DNA of 32,000 nucleotides from an uncultured archaeon. Its GTDB lineage: Archaea > Asgardarchaeota > Lokiarchaeia > Sigyniarchaeales > Promethearchaeaceae. Below are positions 1 to 8,679 of the stretch, in pieces. The DNA lies in the NCBI GenBank assembly GCA_964426185.1, contig CAYRPF010000003.1, positions 46,343 through 78,342 on the forward strand, written 5' to 3'. Numbering within the stretch: the stretch's first letter is position 1; each line of letters opens with the position of its first letter. The notes beneath the pieces were generated by a model. It was not told the origin of the DNA, made no database searches, and worked only from the letters and a program-made list of their open reading frames with translations. The position numbers and the translations under genes are program-made.

Positions 1-162
1 TTTTTTTATTTCTTTCCTTAACATCCCGCTTAAATCATTCTCATATTGAGTTACGGGCTTTTGTGTGTTAGTAAATGTTTTAGGAAACAATAATGAAGCA
101 TTAATTCAGATATTAGGTATGTAGCGATGAAAATAGGGGTGTTGAGGTTTTCTTTCTTTTTT

Positions 163-912
163 TTAGACAAGTTTAGAACGTAATTCGGCGTTTTCAAACT
201 CTAATTTACTAACCCTCTTTTCTAAGTTTTGCAGTTGTCTTTTTAGCATTTCCACTTCAGAAATTATTTTCTTACCATTAATGTCTAATTTAAATTCCGA
301 AATTTTGGCACTTTTTGCATCTCTCGCTCGATACATAAATGGTTGTGGCGTAAAACCTTCACCCACAGGTATTTTTGGAAGTTCTTTGGAACGTATGTGT
401 GCGATAGCTTCTTGATGTTGACCTGTAAGTTCTACATTTTGTTGAACTAATCCTGGTGATAATTCGGCAATTTCATCTGAGATAATTTCACCGGCTGTTT
501 GATCTTCCTTTATCCATCCTTTTGCTTGAGGGCGCTTAATTTGGGCATTTTCGGGCACTTTTTCTAAGACTTTTTCAGTGGATTCCGATTTTCCTGCGGA
601 TTTTCGTATGTTTTTTTGGTCTTCTTGGGTCTGTATGGCTTTTTGGCGAATAAAACTAACCGTTTTTTGAATTTGATAAGTGTTCAAATTAGGTATAGCT
701 AAAACGCTTAAAATCCAGCCAGTAATTTGATTGCCCAAAGGAATCTCTTCTGGATGGGGGACGTCTTTGAAAATCTTACTCGCTAATACATCTCTGCCTT
801 TGACTAAACGAACCGTCCAAAAATTATTAACTTTTCCCATCTGTAATTGGTAACTAGAACCAACTATACCCAATTGGGGGGTATATGGTTGAAAATCATT
901 CATATCGCTCAC
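163..912 (-). CDS. Hypothetical protein: N-terminal globular region, charged linker, C-terminal leucine-zipper coiled coil
   Basis: 249-aa ORF with no longer competing ORF. The C-terminus has heptad leucines (LKRQLQNLEKRVSKLEFENAELRSKL). An AAAGTGA SD-like motif lies upstream. Start is GTG 912 or ATG 903. Confidence 0.75.
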   Translation of the reverse strand: MSDMNDFQPYTPQLGIVGSSYQLQMGKVNNFWTVRLVKGRDVLASKIFKDVPHPEEIPLGNQITGWILSVLAIPNLNTYQIQKTVSFIRQKAIQTQEDQKNIRKSAGKSESTEKVLEKVPENAQIKRPQAKGWIKEDQTAGEIISDEIAELSPGLVQQNVELTGQHQEAIAHIRSKELPKIPVGEGFTPQPFMYRARDAKSAKISEFKLDINGKKIISEVEMLKRQLQNLEKRVSKLEFENAELRSKLV

Positions 913-1459
913 ATTATTTCACTTTTTTCCTATTTAAATTTATCAATATTATTGATTTGTTATTTCACACTATTACCTAATAATTTTTGGGCTGAATTAT
1001 TAAAAAGGTTGAATTAATCTTTTTTTTCATTCATCTGATAATATAACGACATTCGAGATTAAGTCAATTTGGGATATCACAAAACCCTTTATTAATGAAG
1101 CCGCTCCGATTTATTTTAAAATTTTGACGATATATTGGCCAAACTTGGCGCAGATCGATGCACATGCGTTGTATAATTATCTGTTAAATATTGAAGATCT
1201 AATGTTGATTTGGACAAAATTTCCGAAAATTGATGGGACGTATTTCACGATGGTTAAACAAGCATATAATGCAATATAGGAGTGGAACGGGTTGAAGGTA
1301 TCATTTGCTTCAGTACAATTTGTTATTATATTTGCACGATAAATTTTTTATAGTATCCAGAGTTTTATCTCATGTTCTTTACCCGTTTAACCTTTCAATA
1401 TTAAACAACCGTTCTACTTCATGAAGAACTATAATTTGGAGAATATTTTTTTCATCCAT

Positions 1460-1531
1460 GCGCCTGTTGTCTAATGGTCAGGATCTCAGCCTGCCACGTT
1501 GGGGGTCCGGGTTCGATTCCCGGCGGGCGCA
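1460..1531 (+). tRNA. tRNA-Gly (GCC), intronless, CCA not encoded
   Basis: Acceptor stem GCGCCTG/CGGGCGC plus discriminator A; D-arm GTCT-AATGGTCA-GGAT; anticodon stem TCAGC/GTTGG with loop CTGCCAC; T-arm CCGGG-TTCGATT-CCCGG; a T-rich tract follows. Confidence 0.93.
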
Positions 1532-1577
1532 TTTAATTCTTTTTCATCCATTTTCTGCATACTATCATTTTTTTCCT

Positions 1578-1649
1578 TCTTATGGCTTAGTTTCTTGTCT
1601 TTCAGGTTGGGGGTTCGGGTTCGATTTCCTGCGGGTATATTTAATTCTT
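1578..1649 (+). pseudogene. Decayed direct copy of tRNA-Gly (mainly 3' half plus trailer), offset 108 nt
   Basis: 1606-1649 matches 1498-1541 at 38/44 nt without gaps. Weaker ungapped similarity extends back to about 1578. No 5' acceptor strand is present. Confidence 0.8.
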
Positions 1650-1867
1650 GTTTTTTGCAGTTTCAAAAAATCTGAGAAGATTTTTTGCCGATAATGCCGA
1701 TTAAATTTCTGTTTGCTCTGAAATGCTTGGACGGTAGAGTTATGGACCGATAGCAATTTTTTCCCCGTAAGTCTTTTAAGTCTCCTCTATAATTATATAA
1801 TAGGATAATTACGTTTATCGATTTTATCGACTTTGCATATATATAAAAATGAAGGGTCCAACGAGAT

Positions 1868-4267
1868 TTGAGCAGAATGAGCCAATTTAATTTGTTGCGA
1901 ATGAAACCGTCCAAAGGGATTAAAACCTTCATAATTTTTCTATTCTTTTTTTGGGTTTCTGGTGCGACTGGTTTAATTTTTACTGGTTCATGGATGAGAT
2001 CTTCTATTTCTTTACGAAATTCAAAATTTTCATGGATCTCCACTTCTGATTCCATTAATATTTCAGATAGTGTCGATAAAATCTTTAATTTTCAAACAGA
2101 TTTTGATTCTATTCTAAAAGACAAACATTTTGTAGCTGCATTAAATATTATCAAGAATTCAAATGAGGAGAGAGAGAATATTAGCAATAGTTCGACTCAA
2201 AGGTTATTCCACATCAATCAAGATTTCGGATTTGAGGTAATTCTTCCTGGAAATCGTACAAATTATCGAACGGCGCCTCAACTTCAAGTCAATATAATCA
2301 ATGAGTCAATAATATCAATTTCCAGTTATAATATTAGTATGTATTGCATTTCAGCGATTGGACCAGAATCTGCTGAATATCTCGATGAAGGGGTTCATGA
2401 AGACAATCAAACTAAAATCGAAACTAACATTGAAAGTGAGACTTTTATAGTAATAGACCATTTTAGACCGCAAGATTCTACCAGTATAGAATTTGTAAAT
2501 CTCCAAATTAAGCAATTTTGGAATGAATTTATGGGAGATGGCTCTCTTCTGCAAATTGAGATAAATTCCAATCAAAGCAACCTTCTGTATGATTTAACTC
2601 TGGTTAAAGATATTACCCCACCTATGGGTATTTTAGGATTTTTCTGGGAAGAAAACCAAAATCAAAATCAAACCCAAACCCAATCTTTAATTCCTCTCAA
2701 TTTAACGGATAATATTTTCAATAATCCTCCAACATTATCACTAAACATCACTGATACGGTTGCCAGCAATATTAGCATTGCTTGTATTATCAACAATCAT
2801 TATTGGACAACTTCTGTTCAGTTGTTTCCTTTAGGAATCTTGGGGGAAAACTCCACAGAACATCTCCCAGAAAATTCCATGGAAAATATCATGGAAAATA
2901 TCACCTTTCGATATGGACAAGCGATTGTTAATCTTTCATTGGATGGATTCTTTGAAAATTGGGAAAATATCGATGATGGGAATTTGACTGGAATATTATC
3001 TCTAAGAGATAGTGCTGGTAATGTAGGAGATTGGATACTTTTTACATTCATTAAGGATACAGTGGAACCAATCTTAGATAGTGGTATTCCTGATCGGTCT
3101 TGGTTAAGTATCGGGGATTATTCGCTGAAGGATTTAGAAAATCCATTATTTAATACAGTTGAATTGAAAGACAAGCCAGAATTTAGAGTGCATTTGAAGG
3201 ATAATGATATAAAATCTGTTTGGCTTCAAATTTTCTGGAATGATCTTTCTTCATCCAAGCCCGAGGCAATCTCTTCTCAAAGTCAAAGTGATAGTTTTAG
3301 TAATAGTCAAAGTCAATCACCTGAAAATTCACAAGTATCGAATATTATTAATATTTTTGGGAAAAAGAACGGTACATTTTGGCAAATTAATTTTCCAGAA
3401 TCCCTTTGGGCGCAGTTTAACGGTGAAAGAGTGCATATGAGTTTAGAAGTGCAAGATTTTGCTGGAAACATTGCTTCCTATTCCTTTTCAATTATTAAAT
3501 TAACTGATGAATATAAAAATCCCTTTTTATATTTTTATGTAATTATTGGAGTTGGGATTATTTCTCTTTTATTTATTTCAGCTTTTGTGGCTGCATCATT
3601 CCATGAGATAAAACATCAACGCTCGAACCTAGAAAATGATATAAACAATATTGATTCAGCTCTGTTAGATTTGGTCTTACAGCCCTTAGATCATTTCATG
3701 CTTTCAAATGTAACCGATATTATTGACCAAGAAGGGCATGATTGCGACTTATCGGCTTTATTGAATCCAAAAGAACAAGAATTTATGAGAAAACCGATTC
3801 AGATATTGGATATAACTGAGTTAAGATTGCTATTAAATCGTTATCCCATGAAATCCTTAGATTTGGAGGAATTTGTGCGTGAAATGCTGGCTTTATCTCC
3901 GAAAGAGCGTAGAAGTTTTCTATTGGAATATATGGAAGAATACAACCATTCTACATCTAATTTGAATTCTTCAGATGGATATTTTGATGTATGGCTTTCA
4001 GAGATGGAGAATTCAAAAAAAATTGAAAACTTTGGAAATTTCGAAGAAAACGATATAAATGATCTTTTTCAAGTAAAAATTGAAAAATCTAGCAAAAATC
4101 ATAATGAATTTGACCTTGAAGTTAAGCCAAAGATCAATTCTGATTTCAATTTTAAAGTTAAATCTGAAGTCAATTTAGAAGAAGATTTTGAAATAAGTTC
4201 AGAAACAAAAAATGAAAAGATCAAGGACAAAAGCAAGAGCAAGGACAAAGGAAGTCGACACGTTTGA
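1868..4267 (+). CDS. Exported, membrane-anchored glycoprotein with Ig-like (DxxGN) repeats, C-terminal TM helix and cytoplasmic domain
   Basis: N-terminal hydrophobic segment (FIIFLFFFWVSGATGLIF); motifs KDITPP, KDTVEP, RDSAGN, QDFAGN typical of Ig-like repeats; many N-x-S/T sequons; TM FLYFYVIIGVGIISLLFISAFVAA; cytoplasmic helical domain and acidic tail. Start may be ATG 1877 or 1901. Confidence 0.75.
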   Translation: MSRMSQFNLLRMKPSKGIKTFIIFLFFFWVSGATGLIFTGSWMRSSISLRNSKFSWISTSDSINISDSVDKIFNFQTDFDSILKDKHFVAALNIIKNSNEERENISNSSTQRLFHINQDFGFEVILPGNRTNYRTAPQLQVNIINESIISISSYNISMYCISAIGPESAEYLDEGVHEDNQTKIETNIESETFIVIDHFRPQDSTSIEFVNLQIKQFWNEFMGDGSLLQIEINSNQSNLLYDLTLVKDITPPMGILGFFWEENQNQNQTQTQSLIPLNLTDNIFNNPPTLSLNITDTVASNISIACIINNHYWTTSVQLFPLGILGENSTEHLPENSMENIMENITFRYGQAIVNLSLDGFFENWENIDDGNLTGILSLRDSAGNVGDWILFTFIKDTVEPILDSGIPDRSWLSIGDYSLKDLENPLFNTVELKDKPEFRVHLKDNDIKSVWLQIFWNDLSSSKPEAISSQSQSDSFSNSQSQSPENSQVSNIINIFGKKNGTFWQINFPESLWAQFNGERVHMSLEVQDFAGNIASYSFSIIKLTDEYKNPFLYFYVIIGVGIISLLFISAFVAASFHEIKHQRSNLENDINNIDSALLDLVLQPLDHFMLSNVTDIIDQEGHDCDLSALLNPKEQEFMRKPIQILDITELRLLLNRYPMKSLDLEEFVREMLALSPKERRSFLLEYMEEYNHSTSNLNSSDGYFDVWLSEMENSKKIENFGNFEENDINDLFQVKIEKSSKNHNEFDLEVKPKINSDFNFKVKSEVNLEEDFEISSETKNEKIKDKSKSKDKGSRHV
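2845..2904 (+). repeat. Five degenerate in-frame 12-bp tandem units
   Basis: ggaaaactccac/agaacatctccc/agaaaattccat/ggaaaatatcat/ggaaaatatcac, encoding ENSTEHLPENSMENIMENIT. Confidence 0.75.
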
Positions 4268-4962
4268 AAATCGAACCATTAAATGAATTAGAATTGGAAA
4301 TTTATACCGTAATCCAAGAACTTTTGAATAATCATCGTTTATTTTCACTCGAGGATATTATTCCTAAATGCTATAATTTGCTAAATCCTCCTTATTCGAA
4401 TTCCGAAATTTCGAGAGCTATTCAAGGATTGATTCATAAACGATATATTATTAAAGGGACCTCCTTAACTCGAGACGATGTTTTTCAAAATGCTGTGCGG
4501 AAGCGAATTTTATCCTATATTCAAATAAATCCAGGGGCTTATAATAGAAAAATACGCCGTGAATGTTCATTAGGGTCAAATGAATTTAAATGGCACTTAG
4601 GAATGTTAATAAAGTTTGGATTTGTAAAGAAGATTCAATTTACTACACGTTCTTGTGGTTATTTTGAAAATCGGGAATATATGGGTCATGAGATGGATCT
4701 TTTTTTATTGCAGAATGACAAAGTGGCAAAAATTATTGAGTACTTATCTGATTTACCAAGTTCTATTTCTGTTATTGCTCGAAAATTAGAGATCCACTAT
4801 AATACCGTACAAAAATACGTATTGCTATTAGAAGAACGTGAAATATTAAAAAGTACCCAAGAAAAAGATAATATCATTTATTCTGTAAATGAAGATATGT
4901 TAGTTCGGCTCCGAAAAATTGTAAATGGTCAAGTTTTTTTAGATTTTGCATCTGATGTTTGA
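4264..4962 (+). CDS. Multi-winged-helix transcriptional regulator (ArsR/MarR-like HTH modules)
   Basis: RKRILSYIQINPGAYNRKIRRECSLGSNEFKWHLGMLIKFGFV and SISVIARKLEIHYNTVQKYVLLLEEREIL are wHTH-type patterns, and the N-terminal ~65 aa also looks wH-like. The TTG start overlaps the upstream TGA (TTGA). Confidence 0.85.
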   Translation: MKIEPLNELELEIYTVIQELLNNHRLFSLEDIIPKCYNLLNPPYSNSEISRAIQGLIHKRYIIKGTSLTRDDVFQNAVRKRILSYIQINPGAYNRKIRRECSLGSNEFKWHLGMLIKFGFVKKIQFTTRSCGYFENREYMGHEMDLFLLQNDKVAKIIEYLSDLPSSISVIARKLEIHYNTVQKYVLLLEEREILKSTQEKDNIIYSVNEDMLVRLRKIVNGQVFLDFASDV

Positions 4963-5169
4963 TTACCCCTATGGTTTTTTATCTCTTTATCGGTTAGCCA
5001 ATTCGAGTTAAGTGCTTAATCCCATTACGCCAAATCTCTGCAGTCATCTCTCATAATCATACAGTCTCCAATTCGCTATGCCATAGTATGCCATGGCGTT
5101 TGCCATGATCACCTTAAGAGAGCGATGGTAATATTACTAATAATATAGCTAATTCAAACACAATTTAAA

Positions 5170-5290
5170 CAGAAAGAAAATGAAGGAAAGAAGGCAAAAG
5201 AGAGAAGTGAAGAATGTAAATAAGAAAATGTAAGAGGGAAAAAGATAAATAGAAAATAAGAAAGCGAAGTAAGAAAGAATAAAAAAAACG
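5170..5290 (-). terminator. Long pyrimidine/U-rich tract after dnaJ, probable archaeal terminator region
   Basis: The + strand is nearly all A/G for about 120 nt, giving repeated oligo-U runs on the dnaJ transcript right after its stop. Confidence 0.5.
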
Positions 5291-5291
5291 A

Positions 5292-6377
5292 TTATCTGAA
5301 ATTCTTTTCTAATTGGTCAATTAGTTGTCTTTGTGAGGATGATAATTGTTTATAGGACGGAATGTCTACTTCGACTCTCAGATAATGATCTCCTCGGCGA
5401 TTTCCTCGACTATTTAACACAGGAACACCTTTATTTCGCAAACGAAGTTCTGTTCCAGGGGATATGCCTGGTTGCACTTTAATTTTTGTAGGCCCTTCCA
5501 CTGTATCTACTTTCTTTTCGCATCCTTTAATGGCTTCAATAAAATTAATATGAATAGTGGAATAGATGTCATTTCCCCTGCGTTCAAAACGCCGGTCGGA
5601 TTTAATATGAATGCGAACATAAAGATCTCCAGGAATTGCATCCTTTACTGGATAATGACCTTGACCTTGAACTTTCAAGTGCATTCCTTCTTCTACGCCC
5701 GCTGGAATGTTGATAGTATGGTTTTGTTTCACTAAAACGGCCTTTTTTCCGTGACATACAGGACAAGGCGAACCAATAATTTCTCCTTCACCACCACATT
5801 GTGAGCAAGTGGTGACTTGTTGCATTAATCCGAGAATTGAACGCGTAGTACGGGTTTCTTGCCCGCTACCATGACATTTTGGACAAGTTCGGATATTTTT
5901 ACCTCCCCGGCCATCACATTCGTGGCATGGTTCATATCGCGAGTATTTTATAGTCTTTTTTGCACCAGTTATTACTTCCTTAAAAGATAAAGTTAAAGTT
6001 GTTTCAACATCTTCACCCCGAACCCGTCTTCGTCGAGAGCGTCGAGAAGAAGAGCCATTCATACCACCAAAAATATCCCCACCAAAGAACATGTCCATAA
6101 TATCAGCAAATGATGAAAATCCACCTCCGGAAAAATTCATGCCTTCCAAATCGATACCATTAAATCCAAATCGATCATATTTTTCTCTTTTTTCTGGATC
6201 TGATAAAACCATATATGCTTCATTAATTTCTTTGAATTTATTTTGAGCTTCGGGTGATTTATTTCGATCAGGATGCCATTTCATTGCAAGTTTCCGAAAG
6301 GCGCGTTTGATATCATCAGTACTGGCACTTCTATCTACGCCTAGTACTTCATAGTAATCCCGTTTATTTTTGGACAT
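5292..6377 (-). CDS. dnaJ: Chaperone DnaJ (type I)
   Basis: J-domain ([11 protein letters not shown]), G/F region, four CxxCxGx(G/K) motifs, C-terminal GDLYV domain; GGAAGTGA SD 7 nt before ATG. Confidence 0.98.
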   Translation of the reverse strand: MSKNKRDYYEVLGVDRSASTDDIKRAFRKLAMKWHPDRNKSPEAQNKFKEINEAYMVLSDPEKREKYDRFGFNGIDLEGMNFSGGGFSSFADIMDMFFGGDIFGGMNGSSSRRSRRRRVRGEDVETTLTLSFKEVITGAKKTIKYSRYEPCHECDGRGGKNIRTCPKCHGSGQETRTTRSILGLMQQVTTCSQCGGEGEIIGSPCPVCHGKKAVLVKQNHTINIPAGVEEGMHLKVQGQGHYPVKDAIPGDLYVRIHIKSDRRFERRGNDIYSTIHINFIEAIKGCEKKVDTVEGPTKIKVQPGISPGTELRLRNKGVPVLNSRGNRRGDHYLRVEVDIPSYKQLSSSQRQLIDQLEKNFR

Positions 6378-6436
6378 TTCTGTGTCACTTCCTTTAGTGT
6401 TCGTGTTCTTTGTGGGTAATTTTCTAAAATGAGTTA

Positions 6437-6455
6437 TTACTTATCGAGTAAGTAA
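6437..6455. promoter_or_regulatory. Perfect 7-bp inverted repeat in the dnaK-dnaJ spacer
   Basis: TTACTTA-tcgag-TAAGTAA, next to a U-rich tract on the minus strand. Confidence 0.35.
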
Positions 6456-6522
6456 AAGAAAAAAAGATAGAAAAAGAATTTTTAGTTTATTGGATATTGG
6501 TTTTACGAATATTTCTTTTTTC

Positions 6523-8484
6523 TTATTCGTCTTCCCATTCCACATCTACTACTTTCTTTTTCTCTTTGTCGGATTTGGATGGTTCTTCATAGGTGGCACC
6601 GCCTTGATTGCCAAATCCTGCTCCACCTTGGGCAGCTTGTTGGGCAAATTTAGCTGCTTGAGCTGGATCCATACCGCCCATACCACCCATGCCACCGGGT
6701 GCGCCGCCTTGTGCGTAAATTTTCTCAGCAAACTTATGCAGATGTTCTTCCAAAGAAGTTTTTGCTTCTTTAATTCTGTTGAGATTGTCTGTTTTCAAAG
6801 CATCTTTTACATCATCGATTGCACGCACTAAATTATTTTTTAATTCATCATCTAATTTATCTGCGTGATCTTTCATCATTTTTTCAGCTTGGAACGCTAA
6901 TGTATCTGCTTCATTTTTAGTTTCGATTTGTTCGCGCACTTTCTTATCTTCTTCAGCATATTTTTCCGCTTCACGGATTTTTGCTTTGATTTCTTCTTCG
7001 GATAATTTTGATTGTCCAGTTATGGTAATCGATTGTTCTTTTCCTGTACCGAGGTCTTTAGCTTTTACATGTACAATTCCATTTTGGTCTATCGAAAAGG
7101 TGACTTCAATTTGAGGAACACCTCGAGGGGCTGGAGGAATTCCATCTAAGTGGAATCGCCCAAGAGTAATATTATCTTTTGCCATAGGGCGTTCTCCTTG
7201 AATTACGTGGATTTCCACACTGGGTTGATTATCTGTGGCGGTAGAGAATATTTTAGAGCGTTCTACTGGAATAGTGGTGTTTCGTTCAATTAAAGGGGTT
7301 GCTACTCCTCCCAGAGTTTCAATACTTAATGTTAAGGGGGTAACATCTAATAGGAGTAAATCTTCAACTTCTCCGCTGAGTACTCCTCCTTGGATCGCTG
7401 CACCTTGAGCCACGCATTCCATGGGGTCAATTCCTTTTTCAGGTTTTCTACCAAAGAAATCTTCATAAACTTTCTGTACCGAAGGCATTCGAGATGGACC
7501 ACCGACCATGATTATCTTTTTAATATCAGATTTCTTTAGTTTTGAATCACGTAATGCACGTTCCATTGGTGGAATTAATCGGTTCAAAATTGGATCAATC
7601 AGTTCTTCAAATTTGGCTCGAGTTAATTCCAAGTCTAAACTAAGTGGTTGACCATCTTTACCCATTGCAATAAATGGTAGGTTTATTCGGGTTGAATATG
7701 TGGTAGAAAGTTCAATTTTAGCTTTTTCTGCAGCGTCTATGACCCGCATCATGGCTTGGGAATCTTTGGAAATATCAACATCAGTTTGTTTCTTGAATTT
7801 CTTAATGATCCATTCTTTCACTGCTTCATCCATATCGGTTCCACCGAGTGCTGTGTCTCCTGAAGTGGATAACACTTCAAAAACACCTTCACCCATTTCC
7901 ATGATGGTTACATCAAATGTTCCTCCACCTAAGTCTAATACTGCAACTTTCATGGAACCTTGATCGGTTTTGTCTAAACCATATGCAATACATGCAGCGG
8001 TTGGTTCATTAATAATTCGAACGACATCCAAACCTGCAATACGTCCTGCATCTTTAGTGGCTGTGCGCTGTGCGTCATTGAAATAAGCGGGTACTGTAAT
8101 AACTGCTTTTTCTAATTTTTCTCCTAAGTAATCTTCTGCATCTTTCTTAATTTTTTGTAAGATCATTGCACTGATTTCTTCAGGAGTATATTCTCTATTG
8201 TCAATGCGGATTTTTTCATTTGTCCCCATTTTTCGTTTAATTTTTCGAATGGTACGATCTGGATTAGAAATCGCTTGCCGTCGAGCTGGTTCTCCCACCA
8301 AACGAGTTCCATCTTTCAAGAATGCAACATATGATGGAAAAGCTTTACCACCTAAAGATACACCCTCTGCTGCTGGGATTATCTCAGGTTTTCCTCCGAT
8401 CATTACAGATGCGGCTGAATTTGATGTACCAAGATCAATACCAATAATTTTCTCTTTCCTAACCTTCTTTTTTTCGTCAGTCAT
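6523..8484 (-). CDS. dnaK: Chaperone DnaK (Hsp70)
   Basis: [57 protein letters not shown] 8484 is preferred over GTG 8493 because GGAAGTGA lies 5 nt upstream and includes that GTG. Confidence 0.98.
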   Translation of the reverse strand: MTDEKKKVRKEKIIGIDLGTSNSAASVMIGGKPEIIPAAEGVSLGGKAFPSYVAFLKDGTRLVGEPARRQAISNPDRTIRKIKRKMGTNEKIRIDNREYTPEEISAMILQKIKKDAEDYLGEKLEKAVITVPAYFNDAQRTATKDAGRIAGLDVVRIINEPTAACIAYGLDKTDQGSMKVAVLDLGGGTFDVTIMEMGEGVFEVLSTSGDTALGGTDMDEAVKEWIIKKFKKQTDVDISKDSQAMMRVIDAAEKAKIELSTTYSTRINLPFIAMGKDGQPLSLDLELTRAKFEELIDPILNRLIPPMERALRDSKLKKSDIKKIIMVGGPSRMPSVQKVYEDFFGRKPEKGIDPMECVAQGAAIQGGVLSGEVEDLLLLDVTPLTLSIETLGGVATPLIERNTTIPVERSKIFSTATDNQPSVEIHVIQGERPMAKDNITLGRFHLDGIPPAPRGVPQIEVTFSIDQNGIVHVKAKDLGTGKEQSITITGQSKLSEEEIKAKIREAEKYAEEDKKVREQIETKNEADTLAFQAEKMMKDHADKLDDELKNNLVRAIDDVKDALKTDNLNRIKEAKTSLEEHLHKFAEKIYAQGGAPGGMGGMGGMDPAQAAKFAQQAAQGGAGFGNQGGATYEEPSKSDKEKKKVVDVEWEDE

Positions 8485-8518
8485 GATATTCACTTCCGGT
8501 TATTTTTAATTGTGGTTA

Positions 8519-8542
8519 TTATCAAGCATAAATGTGTGATAA
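8519..8542. promoter_or_regulatory. Imperfect palindrome at predicted dnaK transcription start (operator or 5'UTR hairpin)
   Basis: TTATCA-ag-CAT-aa-ATG-tg-TGATAA, starting about 25 nt downstream of the TATA box on the minus strand. Confidence 0.5.
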
Positions 8543-8566
8543 CTAAGAAAAATAAGTTAATGATCC

Positions 8567-8580
8567 TATATAAATTTTGT
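8567..8580 (-). promoter_or_regulatory. Putative BRE/TATA box of dnaK
   Basis: The minus strand reads ACAAAA-TTTATATA, about 83 nt upstream of the dnaK ATG. Confidence 0.6.
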
Positions 8581-8679
8581 TAACCTAAAGTTGTCATTAT
8601 GGATAAATTGTTTTTGATTGTCAATTTTCATTAATCAATTCACAAAAATTTTTTTATTTTTGAAATATTATCATATTTA

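Noticed and set aside
1578-1640. Second functional tRNA with a TTC (Glu) anticodon
   Set aside because: TTC aligns with the anticodon position, but the acceptor stem is missing and the anticodon and T stems are broken.
1458-1694. 78-aa ORF on +
   Set aside because: It overlies tRNA-Gly and its decayed copy, so it is a translation of RNA-gene sequence.
1663-2055. 130-aa ORF on -
   Set aside because: Antisense to the start and promoter of the 799-aa gene, with no recognisable motif.
4960-5110. Selenocysteine read-through or SECIS element near TGA stops
   Set aside because: Sequence after the TGA codons shows no protein motif, and I could not identify a convincing SECIS core.
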